Origin: Verrucomicrobiota bacterium
GTDB lineage: Bacteria > Verrucomicrobiota > Verrucomicrobiia > Limisphaerales > J093
DNA: 64,000 bases
NCBI GenBank assembly: GCA_022710935.1
Contig: JAKLFY010000014.1
Location: 31,041 to 95,040 of the forward strand
Direction of reading: 5' to 3'
Below are positions 26,170 to 35,195 of this stretch, piece by piece. How positions within the stretch are numbered: position 1 is the first letter of the stretch; every line of letters begins with the position of its first letter. The notes beneath the pieces are model-generated. The model was given only the letters and a program-made list of their open reading frames with translations, had not been told where the DNA came from and made no database searches. The position numbers and the translations under genes are program-made.

Positions 26170-27935
26170 CTTACAAACGCTCGTGGTATCCCCTGATGGG
26201 GCCGATCACGGCCTCGCGCCGTGGGACGGCCGCCGGGCCAAAGAAGCAGCAACCGGTCGACCTTTTGACAGGGCCGAAGCTCGCCCTGGCAGGACGCGTC
26301 GTAACGATGGACGACACTTTCACGATCCGCACGAACGCTGTCGTGTACGTGGAAAAGGGCGTCATTGTGGCCATCCAGGACCGGGAGCAGCCCGCCCCGG
26401 ACGGCTTTGGCGAGGTGCCCGTGGTGAAGACCGGCGGGAGCATTTTTCCGGGGCTGATCGAACTCCACAATCACCTGAGTTACGACACCCTCCCGCTCTG
26501 GTCGCCGGTGCCCAAACGATTCAAGCATCGGGGGGAATGGCCCAACCACGAACAGTACCGTCCACTCGTTAGCGGGCCCATGACAGTGCTGGGCATGTAT
26601 CAGGATTCTTCGGGGCATTACCCGCTCCTGCCGGCACTGGTGCGTTATGTCGAGTGCAAGTGCCTGCTGGGGGGAGTCACCACCAGCCAGGGGATCCGGC
26701 TCGCCAGCAACGCCGGGATTCAGCGCTTTTACCGCGGCATCGTCCGCAACGTCGAGCAGACGGACGATCCAGATTTGCCCGAGGCCCAGTGCCGCATCCC
26801 GGATGTGCACGCGAAGGATGCCGCCAGGTTCCTGGCGCGCCTCAGGAAGGAGGATAGCTGCTTCCTCCTTCATCTCAGTGAGGGCCTCGCCGAGCAGGCG
26901 CAGCCGCCCTCCGCGGCGCGGAAGCACTTTCTGGCCCTCGAAGTGGCCCCAGGCCAATGGGCGCTCAACGAGATGTTTGCAGGCATTCACGCCGCGGGTC
27001 TGCTGCAGGAGGACTTCGACGTCCTGGCCAGCCACCGCAGTTCCATGGTCTGGTCGCCGCTCAGCAACCTCCTCCTGTATGGCGGCACCGCGCGCGTGGA
27101 CGCCGCCCGCAAGGCCGGCGTGACCATCGGCCTCGGCAGCGACTGGTCGCCCACGGGCAGCAAGAACCTGCTGGGAGAGCTGAAGGTGGCGTGGCTCTAC
27201 AGCCAACACCTTCTCGACGGACTGTTGACCGCCCGCGACCTCGTGGCCATGGCCACCCGGGATGCTGCCCGCATCTTGAAATGGGACCGTGCGGCAGGGA
27301 CACTCGAAGCCGGGCGGCGCGCCGACCTGGTGGTGATCGAGGGCACATCCGCCGACCCCTACGAGGCCCTGATCCGGGCGAAGGAGTTGGATCTCCGGTT
27401 GGTCATGATCAACGGCGTGGCCCGCTACGGCGTGCCCAGCTTGATGCGCCAGCTTGGTTCTGACGGCCAGTCCGTGTCTGTAGGGGGGCGCACCCGCCGG
27501 CTCTTCCTCGAACAGGCGACCGCCGATCCTGACGTGGCGCAGGTGCCCCTGAACGAGGCCGCCGCCACGCTCCGCCAGGCTCTGCAGAATATCGCGGAGC
27601 TGGCCAAGGAAATCGAAACGCCCAAGCCGGCGCCCGCGACCAGGCATCTGCTCGATGCCCATACAGCCCCGGTCTGGTCGCTCGCCCTGGATGAGATCGG
27701 TTCCTGCGGTGTCGAGTTGTGCCCGCGGCTGCCGTTCAACGGGCCGGACGATTTCACTGGACCCGACCGCGCCCCGCGCGCCCTGGCCATAGCCGCCCCT
27801 CCGCTTTCGACCATCCTGAAACCGATCCAACTCGATCCTCTGACCGTTGCCGACGACCCCGGATTCCTGGATCGCATCGCTGCGCAGCCAAATCTCCCTG
27901 CAGCGGTCAGGACCGGTCTGGCGGGGCTTTACTGA
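26166..27935 (+). CDS. Amidohydrolase-superfamily protein of the nucleobase/nucleoside-deaminase type (COG0402, TRZ/ATZ-like)
   Basis: The ATG at 26166 overlaps the upstream stop (ATGA). Motifs: FPGLIELHNHLSYD (HxH), FLLHLSEGLAE (HxxE), FAGIHAAGL, VWSPLSNLLLYGG, IGLGSDWSPTGSKN, GTLEAGRRADLVVIEG. 589 aa, no signal peptide. Confidence 0.75.
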   Translation: MTYKRSWYPLMGPITASRRGTAAGPKKQQPVDLLTGPKLALAGRVVTMDDTFTIRTNAVVYVEKGVIVAIQDREQPAPDGFGEVPVVKTGGSIFPGLIELHNHLSYDTLPLWSPVPKRFKHRGEWPNHEQYRPLVSGPMTVLGMYQDSSGHYPLLPALVRYVECKCLLGGVTTSQGIRLASNAGIQRFYRGIVRNVEQTDDPDLPEAQCRIPDVHAKDAARFLARLRKEDSCFLLHLSEGLAEQAQPPSAARKHFLALEVAPGQWALNEMFAGIHAAGLLQEDFDVLASHRSSMVWSPLSNLLLYGGTARVDAARKAGVTIGLGSDWSPTGSKNLLGELKVAWLYSQHLLDGLLTARDLVAMATRDAARILKWDRAAGTLEAGRRADLVVIEGTSADPYEALIRAKELDLRLVMINGVARYGVPSLMRQLGSDGQSVSVGGRTRRLFLEQATADPDVAQVPLNEAAATLRQALQNIAELAKEIETPKPAPATRHLLDAHTAPVWSLALDEIGSCGVELCPRLPFNGPDDFTGPDRAPRALAIAAPPLSTILKPIQLDPLTVADDPGFLDRIAAQPNLPAAVRTGLAGLY

Positions 27936-27981
27936 CGAATTCCCATTCAATCGAGACTCGAACCAACCAAACAGGAGGTTT

Positions 27982-29616
27982 ATGCGAAGCGTCAAACTCT
28001 GTGTGACCGTCATGCGTCACCTGAAGAAGAAGTACAATAAGAAAGCGCTGCAAGAGATCACGCGTGCTGTCAAGGACTGGATCGCCGCGGATGCTGCCCG
28101 AGGAATCCAGACCGTGGTTGTGGCGGTGGACGATGCCGCGTCCATGGGTGCCCACCGACTCAGGCCATTGACAGGCCGGATCACCGCCGTGAAGATCAAG
28201 CGCGCCATCGATGCCCTCTGGGGGCGGCTGCAGCCCGAGTATCTCGTTCTGCTGGGCGGCGCGGACATTGTCCCGATGTTTCTCGTGGCCAATCCCTCGT
28301 ACGACCCCAACGGCGACGACGACCAACTGGTGCCCACGGACAATCCCTATGCGTCTTCTTCCCCTTACCGCGCGTCGAACCGGGGCAGCTACCTGGTGCC
28401 GGATCGCGTGGCGGGGCGGATACCGGATATGGTTGCAGACAGCAGTTCGGCATGGCTGGTTGACGCCTTGGCCACCGCCACCACCTGGACCTCGCGGCCC
28501 GCGAGTTTCTACGGCGACCGCTATGCGGTCTGCTGCGCCGCGTGGCAGGGGGCCGGGGAAGACTGCGTCCAGCACATCGGTTCGCCTGTGTCGAGCCTGA
28601 TGATCTCACCGCCGATCACCGACGCCTCGGCGACCGCGCGCAGCCGGCTCTCGTTCAGGCTGCATATGATCAAGTGTCACGGCGCTCCGTTGAACCCGAA
28701 TTTCTACGGCCAGACGGGAAACTCCTTCCCGGTCGTGCTGGCGAGCGCCACCCTCAAACCGCGCGTGAAACCCGCCACCGTCGCAGCCGCGATGTGCTGT
28801 TACGGAGCGCAAATCTACTCGCCCAACGACCCCGCGGCCCAGAATCCCGGAGAATGGCCGATCGCAAGCACTTACTTGCGCCAGGGCGCACTCGGTCTCG
28901 CGGCGTCAACGGTGATCGCGTGGGTCGGTGTGGGCCAGATGATGTGCGCCGACTGGATTGTCGCTGGTTATTTGAAGGGGATCCTCGGCGGGGCTTCGCA
29001 GGGACGCGCGCTTCTCGAATCGAAGCAGGATTACGTCCGCTGGATCAACCAGCAAGGTCAGGCGCCCGACATCGCCGACGAGAAGACTCTGATCGAGTAT
29101 GTCCTGTTGGGCGATCCTTCGATCCAGCCGGTGGTTGCGCCTGCGCTCACTCCCGCCACAGGGGTCCGGGCCGCGACGGCAGGGCCCGCGTTCGCCCTTC
29201 TGGCCCAGGAGCGCCGGCAACGCCGGGTCGTCCGCGCGCAGTTGGCCGGACAGCTCCGCGGGCTGTTGCCCGCACGAACGGCCGCCGCGGGCGCCGCCCG
29301 CACCGGGGCCGGGAAGGTCTTTCGATCGGCACAGGCCGCGCTGGGAGCAACCCTGGCAAAGAGCATCAAGGAATTCCGCATCCGTCCAGCCGCCGTCCGG
29401 GTCGAAAAACTCGACACACCGCTCTCCTTCCCGGCGGAAGCAGCCGGTCGCGGACGAGTTCGCGCGATGGCGTCGGTGCCTCGAACCCGGCAGTCCATCG
29501 AGTACTACTGGAGCGGGCGGCAGGTGCATGACGGACACCGGAGGATCTGCCTCATGAAAGCGGAAACCGATCGCAAGGGCAACCTGCTCCGCGCGTCGTT
29601 GGTCCACAGCAGCTAG
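27982..29616 (+). CDS. Peptidase C25 (gingipain)-like clan-CD cysteine peptidase homologue, cytoplasmic
   Basis: AGGAGG at 27973-27978 precedes the ATG at 27982. C25-like block: EYLVLLGGADIVPMF..LVPTDNPYASS..YLVPDRVAGRIPD. Candidate His-Gly/Cys dyad after hydrophobic strands: RLHMIKCHGAP and VAAAMCCYGAQ. No signal peptide. 544 aa. Confidence 0.6.
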   Translation: MRSVKLCVTVMRHLKKKYNKKALQEITRAVKDWIAADAARGIQTVVVAVDDAASMGAHRLRPLTGRITAVKIKRAIDALWGRLQPEYLVLLGGADIVPMFLVANPSYDPNGDDDQLVPTDNPYASSSPYRASNRGSYLVPDRVAGRIPDMVADSSSAWLVDALATATTWTSRPASFYGDRYAVCCAAWQGAGEDCVQHIGSPVSSLMISPPITDASATARSRLSFRLHMIKCHGAPLNPNFYGQTGNSFPVVLASATLKPRVKPATVAAAMCCYGAQIYSPNDPAAQNPGEWPIASTYLRQGALGLAASTVIAWVGVGQMMCADWIVAGYLKGILGGASQGRALLESKQDYVRWINQQGQAPDIADEKTLIEYVLLGDPSIQPVVAPALTPATGVRAATAGPAFALLAQERRQRRVVRAQLAGQLRGLLPARTAAAGAARTGAGKVFRSAQAALGATLAKSIKEFRIRPAAVRVEKLDTPLSFPAEAAGRGRVRAMASVPRTRQSIEYYWSGRQVHDGHRRICLMKAETDRKGNLLRASLVHSS

Positions 29617-29621
29617 CCCGC

Positions 29622-29885
29622 ATGCCGATCAAGCGAGAACGCGAGATCTACAGGGGTCGGGCGCGGCTCGAAACCGTGCGGCGCGGAACCGGCAGCGAAC
29701 ACGTGGGCGTGGTGCTCGAGACGCCCGACGGCCAGCGGTTCAACCTGGTCCGGCTGGGGGGCAACCCGTTCGACGACGCGGAAACCCGCGAGCTTTCGGG
29801 ACACACCGTCGAGGTCGAGGGCTACCGCGTCGGATCGGATCTTCGCTACACCGTCGCCCGCGTGCACGATGGGGGCAAACATTGA
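29622..29885 (+). CDS. Hypothetical 87-aa protein, last gene of the cassette
   Basis: ATG 5 nt after the upstream stop. MPIKREREIYRGRARLETVRRGTGSEHVGVVLETPDGQRFNLVRLGG..VEVEGYRVGSDLRYTVARV. Pattern looks beta-rich. No family recognised. Confidence 0.5.
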   Translation: MPIKREREIYRGRARLETVRRGTGSEHVGVVLETPDGQRFNLVRLGGNPFDDAETRELSGHTVEVEGYRVGSDLRYTVARVHDGGKH

Positions 29886-29913
29886 CTGTTGACCTGATTG
29901 GCAGATATGCGGG

Positions 29914-30621
29914 CTAGAGCAGGCTCGCCCAGGCCCCGACGACGCTCTCTGCCAGAGCCCTCAGTGCCCGGAGGTGGCGTTCGCCCTCGGCGAGGATGCT
30001 CCGCGCATTGACGCCCGCTCCGCGAAGCTCGTCGGCGAATGTCCTCACCATTCCGGCGACGATTGTCTCGGTGACCTCGATGTGGAAGAGGATGCCCCAG
30101 GCGCCGCGCCCGCAGGCGAAGGCCTGGTGCCGGGTCAACTCGGACGAAGCCAGGGATACGGCGCCGGGGGGCAGTTCGAAGACGTCACCATGCCAGTGCA
30201 GAGGGGTGAACCGAGGCGGCATGCTGTCCCAGGGCGCCACCCGGCTCGCCTCGGGCGTCAGTGTCACGGGATACCATCCGATCTCCTTGCGCGGCCCCTT
30301 TGTGACCTCGGCGCCAAGTGCAGCGGCGAGCAATTGGCTTCCCAGGCAGACCCCGAGGACCGGTTTGCCCGCCTCGACCGCCCTTCGCAGCAATCGAATC
30401 TCGTCCTTGAGGAACGGATACGTGTCTTGCGCGTAAACCCCCATCGGTCCGCCCATCACGACCAGGCCGTCGAGCCCTTCGATCGACCCTGGGAGCGGTT
30501 CGTTGGCGAATACGCGAACGCCCTGGATGGCGATTCCTCGGGTTGACAGGACCTCGGCGATCAACCCCGGAGTTTCGCAACCTACGTGTTGGATGGCACA
30601 GACAGTTTTGGGAAGCATCAT
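29914..30621 (-). CDS. Class I glutamine amidotransferase-like protein
   Basis: GLVVMGGPMGVY. Nucleophile elbow PVLGVCLGSQLLA. HWHGD and the late FHIE (His-x-Glu). 235 aa. Confidence 0.85.
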   Translation of the reverse strand: MMLPKTVCAIQHVGCETPGLIAEVLSTRGIAIQGVRVFANEPLPGSIEGLDGLVVMGGPMGVYAQDTYPFLKDEIRLLRRAVEAGKPVLGVCLGSQLLAAALGAEVTKGPRKEIGWYPVTLTPEASRVAPWDSMPPRFTPLHWHGDVFELPPGAVSLASSELTRHQAFACGRGAWGILFHIEVTETIVAGMVRTFADELRGAGVNARSILAEGERHLRALRALAESVVGAWASLL

Positions 30622-30666
30622 GTCTATTGGAGACGGTAGAACGCATGGGGACGCTGACGACCTGGG

Positions 30667-31521
<855 letters not shown>

Positions 31522-31583
31522 GGCGACAACTTGGGGCAAGTCCGGCCTGATTTCAATCTTCGAGTCGCCGCGACGGTGGAGAA

Positions 31584-31609
31584 CAATGGGGTCGCATCTA
31601 AATAGTTGA
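31584..31609 (-). repeat. Conserved 26-nt motif, copy B (minus-strand reading TCAACTATTTAGATGCGACCCCATTG)
   Basis: Plus strand reads CAATGGGGTCGCATCTAAATAGTTGA. Lies 119 nt downstream of the nucleotidyltransferase stop (31729) and 62 nt upstream of the DUF1559 ATG, all on the minus strand. Confidence 0.85.
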
Positions 31610-31728
31610 CATATCGCTCTTGAGCATCCCGGCCAAGCGGGGCTCGGGGGCGGCGGCCAGCGTCCGCGCGAAACGTCAAGAAACACGGGATCAGGCGCCG
31701 CACGTCCTCCGGTTGGCCGGGCCGTCCG

Positions 31729-32244
31729 TCATCCTGCGCCCGGGATCTCACCGCGAGCCTCGAGTCGGCGGCGCTCCTCGAGCAACGCCTCCAGCTCCGC
31801 GATCGGTTCCAAGTCCTTGGGGCGGCCCGCCGCGCGCTTTAGGTGAATCAGGGTGATCAGATCGACGACGCGGAATCGGTGGCCAAAGGCCTCGACCTCC
31901 TCGCTCCTGGGCAGGAGATTCTCATAGCTGCCCCCACCAGGCACCTCGCCCAGCAAGTCGAGGTTCCCCAACTCGCTACTGAGCGTGAAGTTGAGCCCCA
32001 TGCGAACGGTTCGTTCGTCGAATGCAAACGGCAAACCCAGCGGCGCACCGCGAAGATAGGGTTTATGGGATCGCAGAGCGGCAACCAGAGCCCGGATGTT
32101 GTCATGCGACCGTGAATACACCAGATCCACATCCATCGTCGATCGTGCGGACCCGTGCAGCGCTGCGGCCCAGCCGCCGATCAAGATGAATCGAACGCCA
32201 CCGGGAACCAGAACCCCAACGACGCGCTCCAGATCCGCAGACAT
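31729..32244 (-). CDS. Nucleotidyltransferase-fold protein (minimal NTase; candidate toxin or partner of a two-gene module)
   Basis: FILIGGWAAALHGSARSTMDVDLV (GG..HG..R.T.D.D NTase motif). C-terminal LIHLKRAAGRPKDLEPIAELE. ATG at 32244; the track start at 32250 is a TTG. Confidence 0.65.
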   Translation of the reverse strand: MSADLERVVGVLVPGGVRFILIGGWAAALHGSARSTMDVDLVYSRSHDNIRALVAALRSHKPYLRGAPLGLPFAFDERTVRMGLNFTLSSELGNLDLLGEVPGGGSYENLLPRSEEVEAFGHRFRVVDLITLIHLKRAAGRPKDLEPIAELEALLEERRRLEARGEIPGAG

Positions 32245-32246
32245 GG

Positions 32247-32498
32247 TCAACGCGGTTCGGCCCCGGCCGAGCCCGCCCGCGCATTGCGCAACACCTGGCG
32301 CGCGCGGATGAACTCGCTCATGCGCCTCGCCCGCTGATCGAATGTCCGGCGCAGGTTTTGGACAAGCAGGGTTCGGTCCACGTCCTTTTTGAACAGGGCG
32401 ATGAGCGGATCGGTGTCGTCCTTGAAGGCTGGCTCAGCCAATTCCCGCCGGTGCAGGATGACATGCGCGTTGCCCAGAGTCTCGTCACGGTCACTCAC
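32247..32498 (-). CDS. Hypothetical 83-aa protein (candidate antitoxin/partner)
   Basis: The stop at 32247-32249 lies 2 nt before the NTase ATG. GTG start at 32498 with GGAG 13 nt upstream. Helical, charged sequence. No family recognised. Confidence 0.45.
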   Translation of the reverse strand: MSDRDETLGNAHVILHRRELAEPAFKDDTDPLIALFKKDVDRTLLVQNLRRTFDQRARRMSEFIRARQVLRNARAGSAGAEPR

Positions 32499-32691
32499 GA
32501 GCAGAAGCTACTCCATGGTTCAAGGGCAGGCTAGCCCGGATTTCTCGCCACCGGGAAGATGACAACGAAATCCGGGCTGTGGCAAAATCGGCGCAGGTTT
32601 CTGGGATGGATGCGGCTTGCGGAGGTGGTGCAGAGGCGGCGGGGGGAGGCGATGAGTGAACCGCGTCAACTCCGGCCGGTCTTCGGCGGGG

Positions 32692-33945
32692 TCAGTCGCT
32701 GCGCATGGCGGCGACGGGGTCGAGGCGGGCCGCGCGGATGGCGGGAACCAGGCCGGCGACCAACCCCACGAGGATGAGCACGGCGGTCGCCACCGCCAGG
32801 GCGCTGAACGACAGGCCGAGGTGAATGTCGCTCTGCCCGGAGGCATCCTCGAAGAGCGGTCCCAGCAGGGGGAGGGTGCCGATCAGATGGGTGAGACCAA
32901 CGGCTACCAGGATGCCCGCCAGCCCGCCGAGTCCGGTCAACGTCAATCCTTCAAGCAGAACCTGGCCGAGAATGTGGCGGCGGCGCGCCCCGAGCGCCTT
33001 GAGGACGCCGATTTCCCGGGTGCGTTCAGTGACAGCGACCAACATGATGTTCATCACGCCCACAGCCCCGATGCTCAGGGTGAGCGTGCCGATGACGGCG
33101 AGGAGCACGTTCAGGCCCAGACTCATGTTCGAGACCAGCACGCGGAACTCGTTCCAATCCAGGATGGTCACCGCGCGCTCGTCACGCGCGCCAAAATGGT
33201 GGGCGCGCGCCAGGGCGGCGCGCAACTCCGCGATCACGCGCGCCCGCGCGAAGCCCTGGGCGGGCAGGACGACGATGTTGTTCAGATAGCGGGTGTTGAC
33301 CATCGAGCCGAGGGTGGTGTGCGGCACGAAGGCCGAGATGTCGTCCGGCGCGGAGTAGTTGGTGATCTGGGTCTTCTTCTTCAACACGCCGATGACGGTG
33401 AAGCGGACGCCCTGGACTTTGATATCGGCGTCCAGGGCGGGCATCGCGCTGAAGAGCTCCTTCTTGAGATCGGCGCCAATCACCACCACCCGTCGGCGGT
33501 GCAACACGTCGTCGCCGGTGAGAAAACGTCCCTCAGCGACCTCGGTGTGCCGGATGCGCCCAAAGGGGGCGTCAACGCCGGCCACGGTATAGTTGCGGGT
33601 TCGGTAGCCGAAGTTCACGGGCAGAAACGCGCGAATCTCGGGCGAGATCGCTTCGATGGCCGGCACGCCTTCGACCAGGGCGTCAACGTCCCGCAATTCG
33701 AGCAGGATGCGGCGCCCGCTGCGTTCGCCGCCGGCCTGTTCGCTGGTCTGGCCGGGGAAGATGACGATCAGGTTGCGTCCGATCTGGTCGAACGCCCCGA
33801 CCAGCGCGCGTTCGAAGCCGTGGCCGTAGGAGAGCAGGAGCACCAGCGACGCGATGCCCCACGTGACGCTCAGCATCGTCAGCGCCGAGCGGAGCCGGTA
33901 GTGGCCGAGCGCCTCGAAGGCCTCGCTGATCAGGTGTCGGATCAT
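32692..33945 (-). CDS. ABC transporter permease, MacB/FtsX-like (second of two)
   Basis: MIRHLISEAFEALGHYRLRSALTMLSVTWGIASLV; periplasmic MacB-type domain; FtsX C-terminus VAVTERTREIGVLKALGARRRHIL. The ATG at 33945 overlaps the upstream TGA. Confidence 0.9.
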   Translation of the reverse strand: MIRHLISEAFEALGHYRLRSALTMLSVTWGIASLVLLLSYGHGFERALVGAFDQIGRNLIVIFPGQTSEQAGGERSGRRILLELRDVDALVEGVPAIEAISPEIRAFLPVNFGYRTRNYTVAGVDAPFGRIRHTEVAEGRFLTGDDVLHRRRVVVIGADLKKELFSAMPALDADIKVQGVRFTVIGVLKKKTQITNYSAPDDISAFVPHTTLGSMVNTRYLNNIVVLPAQGFARARVIAELRAALARAHHFGARDERAVTILDWNEFRVLVSNMSLGLNVLLAVIGTLTLSIGAVGVMNIMLVAVTERTREIGVLKALGARRRHILGQVLLEGLTLTGLGGLAGILVAVGLTHLIGTLPLLGPLFEDASGQSDIHLGLSFSALAVATAVLILVGLVAGLVPAIRAARLDPVAAMRSD

Positions 33946-35195
33946 TCGTAGCGCAGGGCGTCCACGGGCATAAGCTGCGAGGCGCGCCGGGCGGGGTAGA
34001 GCCCCGCCAGCAGGCCGACGGCTGCCAGCGTTCCGAAGGCCAGGGCGGCCGTGGTTCGGGTGATGGGCAGGCCGGCGAACATGGTCGGGAGAGGCAGTTG
34101 GCTGACCAGGTGGCTGGCCAGGCACGCGAAGGCAACGCCGACGAGGCCGCTGCCCAGTGTCAGCAACAGGGCTTCGAGGAAGAACTCGATGAGAATCCGC
34201 CCAGGGGGCGCGCCGACTGCCATCTTGATGCCGATCTCGCGGGTGCGCTCCGCCACCGCCACGAGCATGATGTTCATCACGCCCAGTCCGCCCAGGCCGA
34301 GCGTCACGAGCGCGACAAACGCGAGGAAGACCTGCATCGATTCGAACACGCCGTTCACCATCCGCGCGCTGCGCACGGTGTCCCACACCCAGAGCGCGCC
34401 TTCGTCGGTCGGGGAAAAGCCGTGGCGGCGTCCGAGGAGCGTCTTGACCTGGCGCAGGGCGGCCTCGTGGTCGTCGGCCGAGCGCGGCATGAGGATGATG
34501 TTGTCCACAGCCCCCACGCCGACATAGGGGCGAGGGTCGGGGAAATGCCGGGCCATCGTCGAGTAGGGGAGCAGGATCTTCTCGCCATCGAAGCCGTTGT
34601 AGGAGTTGTTCTGGTCCTTCTTCTTGAGTTCGCCGATGACGGTGAAGGGGATGTCCTCGAGGCGAATCTGCGCGCCCACCGCCGGGCGGCTGGCGAACAA
34701 CTGCTGGCGGACCTGTTCGCCGATGATGCAGACCGCGCGGCACGCGCGAAAGTCCTCGTCGCTCATCAGGCGCCCCTGGGCGAGGGTCATCGAGCGGATG
34801 TGTTGGTACACAGGCGCGACGCCGTGGACCGAGAAGCGCCCGGCATTGTGGGGGCTGCTGGCCCGGAGGTAGCGGTCCAGTTCGGGTGTGACATGCTGAA
34901 CCAGCGGGCATTCGCTGCGGATGGCCTCGGCGTCCGCGGAGGTCAAGCGGATGTAGCGTCCCGCCCGCTGGTCGCCCACCTGCTGGCTGGTGCGCCCGCC
35001 CCACAGGATGATGATGTCCGTCCCCATCACGTGGAGGCTCTGGCGGTAGCCGATCTTGAAGCCGTCGCCAATGGCCATCATGAAGATGATGGACGCGATG
35101 CCCCAGGCGATGCCAAACATCGTCAGGGCGCTCCGCAACTTGTGCGCCCAGACATTGCGCCACGTTTGCAGGATCAGGTCGTGAAGCCAACTCAT
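33942..35195 (-). CDS. ABC transporter permease, MacB/FtsX-like (first of two)
   Basis: WRNVWAHKLRSALTMFGIAWGIASIIFM. VAVAERTREIGIKMAVGAPPGRIL. 417 aa. The ATG at 35195 overlaps the MFP stop (ATGA). Confidence 0.9.
   Translation of the reverse strand: MSWLHDLILQTWRNVWAHKLRSALTMFGIAWGIASIIFMMAIGDGFKIGYRQSLHVMGTDIIILWGGRTSQQVGDQRAGRYIRLTSADAEAIRSECPLVQHVTPELDRYLRASSPHNAGRFSVHGVAPVYQHIRSMTLAQGRLMSDEDFRACRAVCIIGEQVRQQLFASRPAVGAQIRLEDIPFTVIGELKKKDQNNSYNGFDGEKILLPYSTMARHFPDPRPYVGVGAVDNIILMPRSADDHEAALRQVKTLLGRRHGFSPTDEGALWVWDTVRSARMVNGVFESMQVFLAFVALVTLGLGGLGVMNIMLVAVAERTREIGIKMAVGAPPGRILIEFFLEALLLTLGSGLVGVAFACLASHLVSQLPLPTMFAGLPITRTTAALAFGTLAAVGLLAGLYPARRASQLMPVDALRYE

Noticed and set aside
31606-31611. 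TTGACA within the 26-nt motif (plus-strand reading) as a -35 box
   Set aside because: No acceptable -10 hexamer lies 16-18 nt downstream in copies B or C, and copy A has TTGATT instead. A promoter reading on that strand is therefore not supported.
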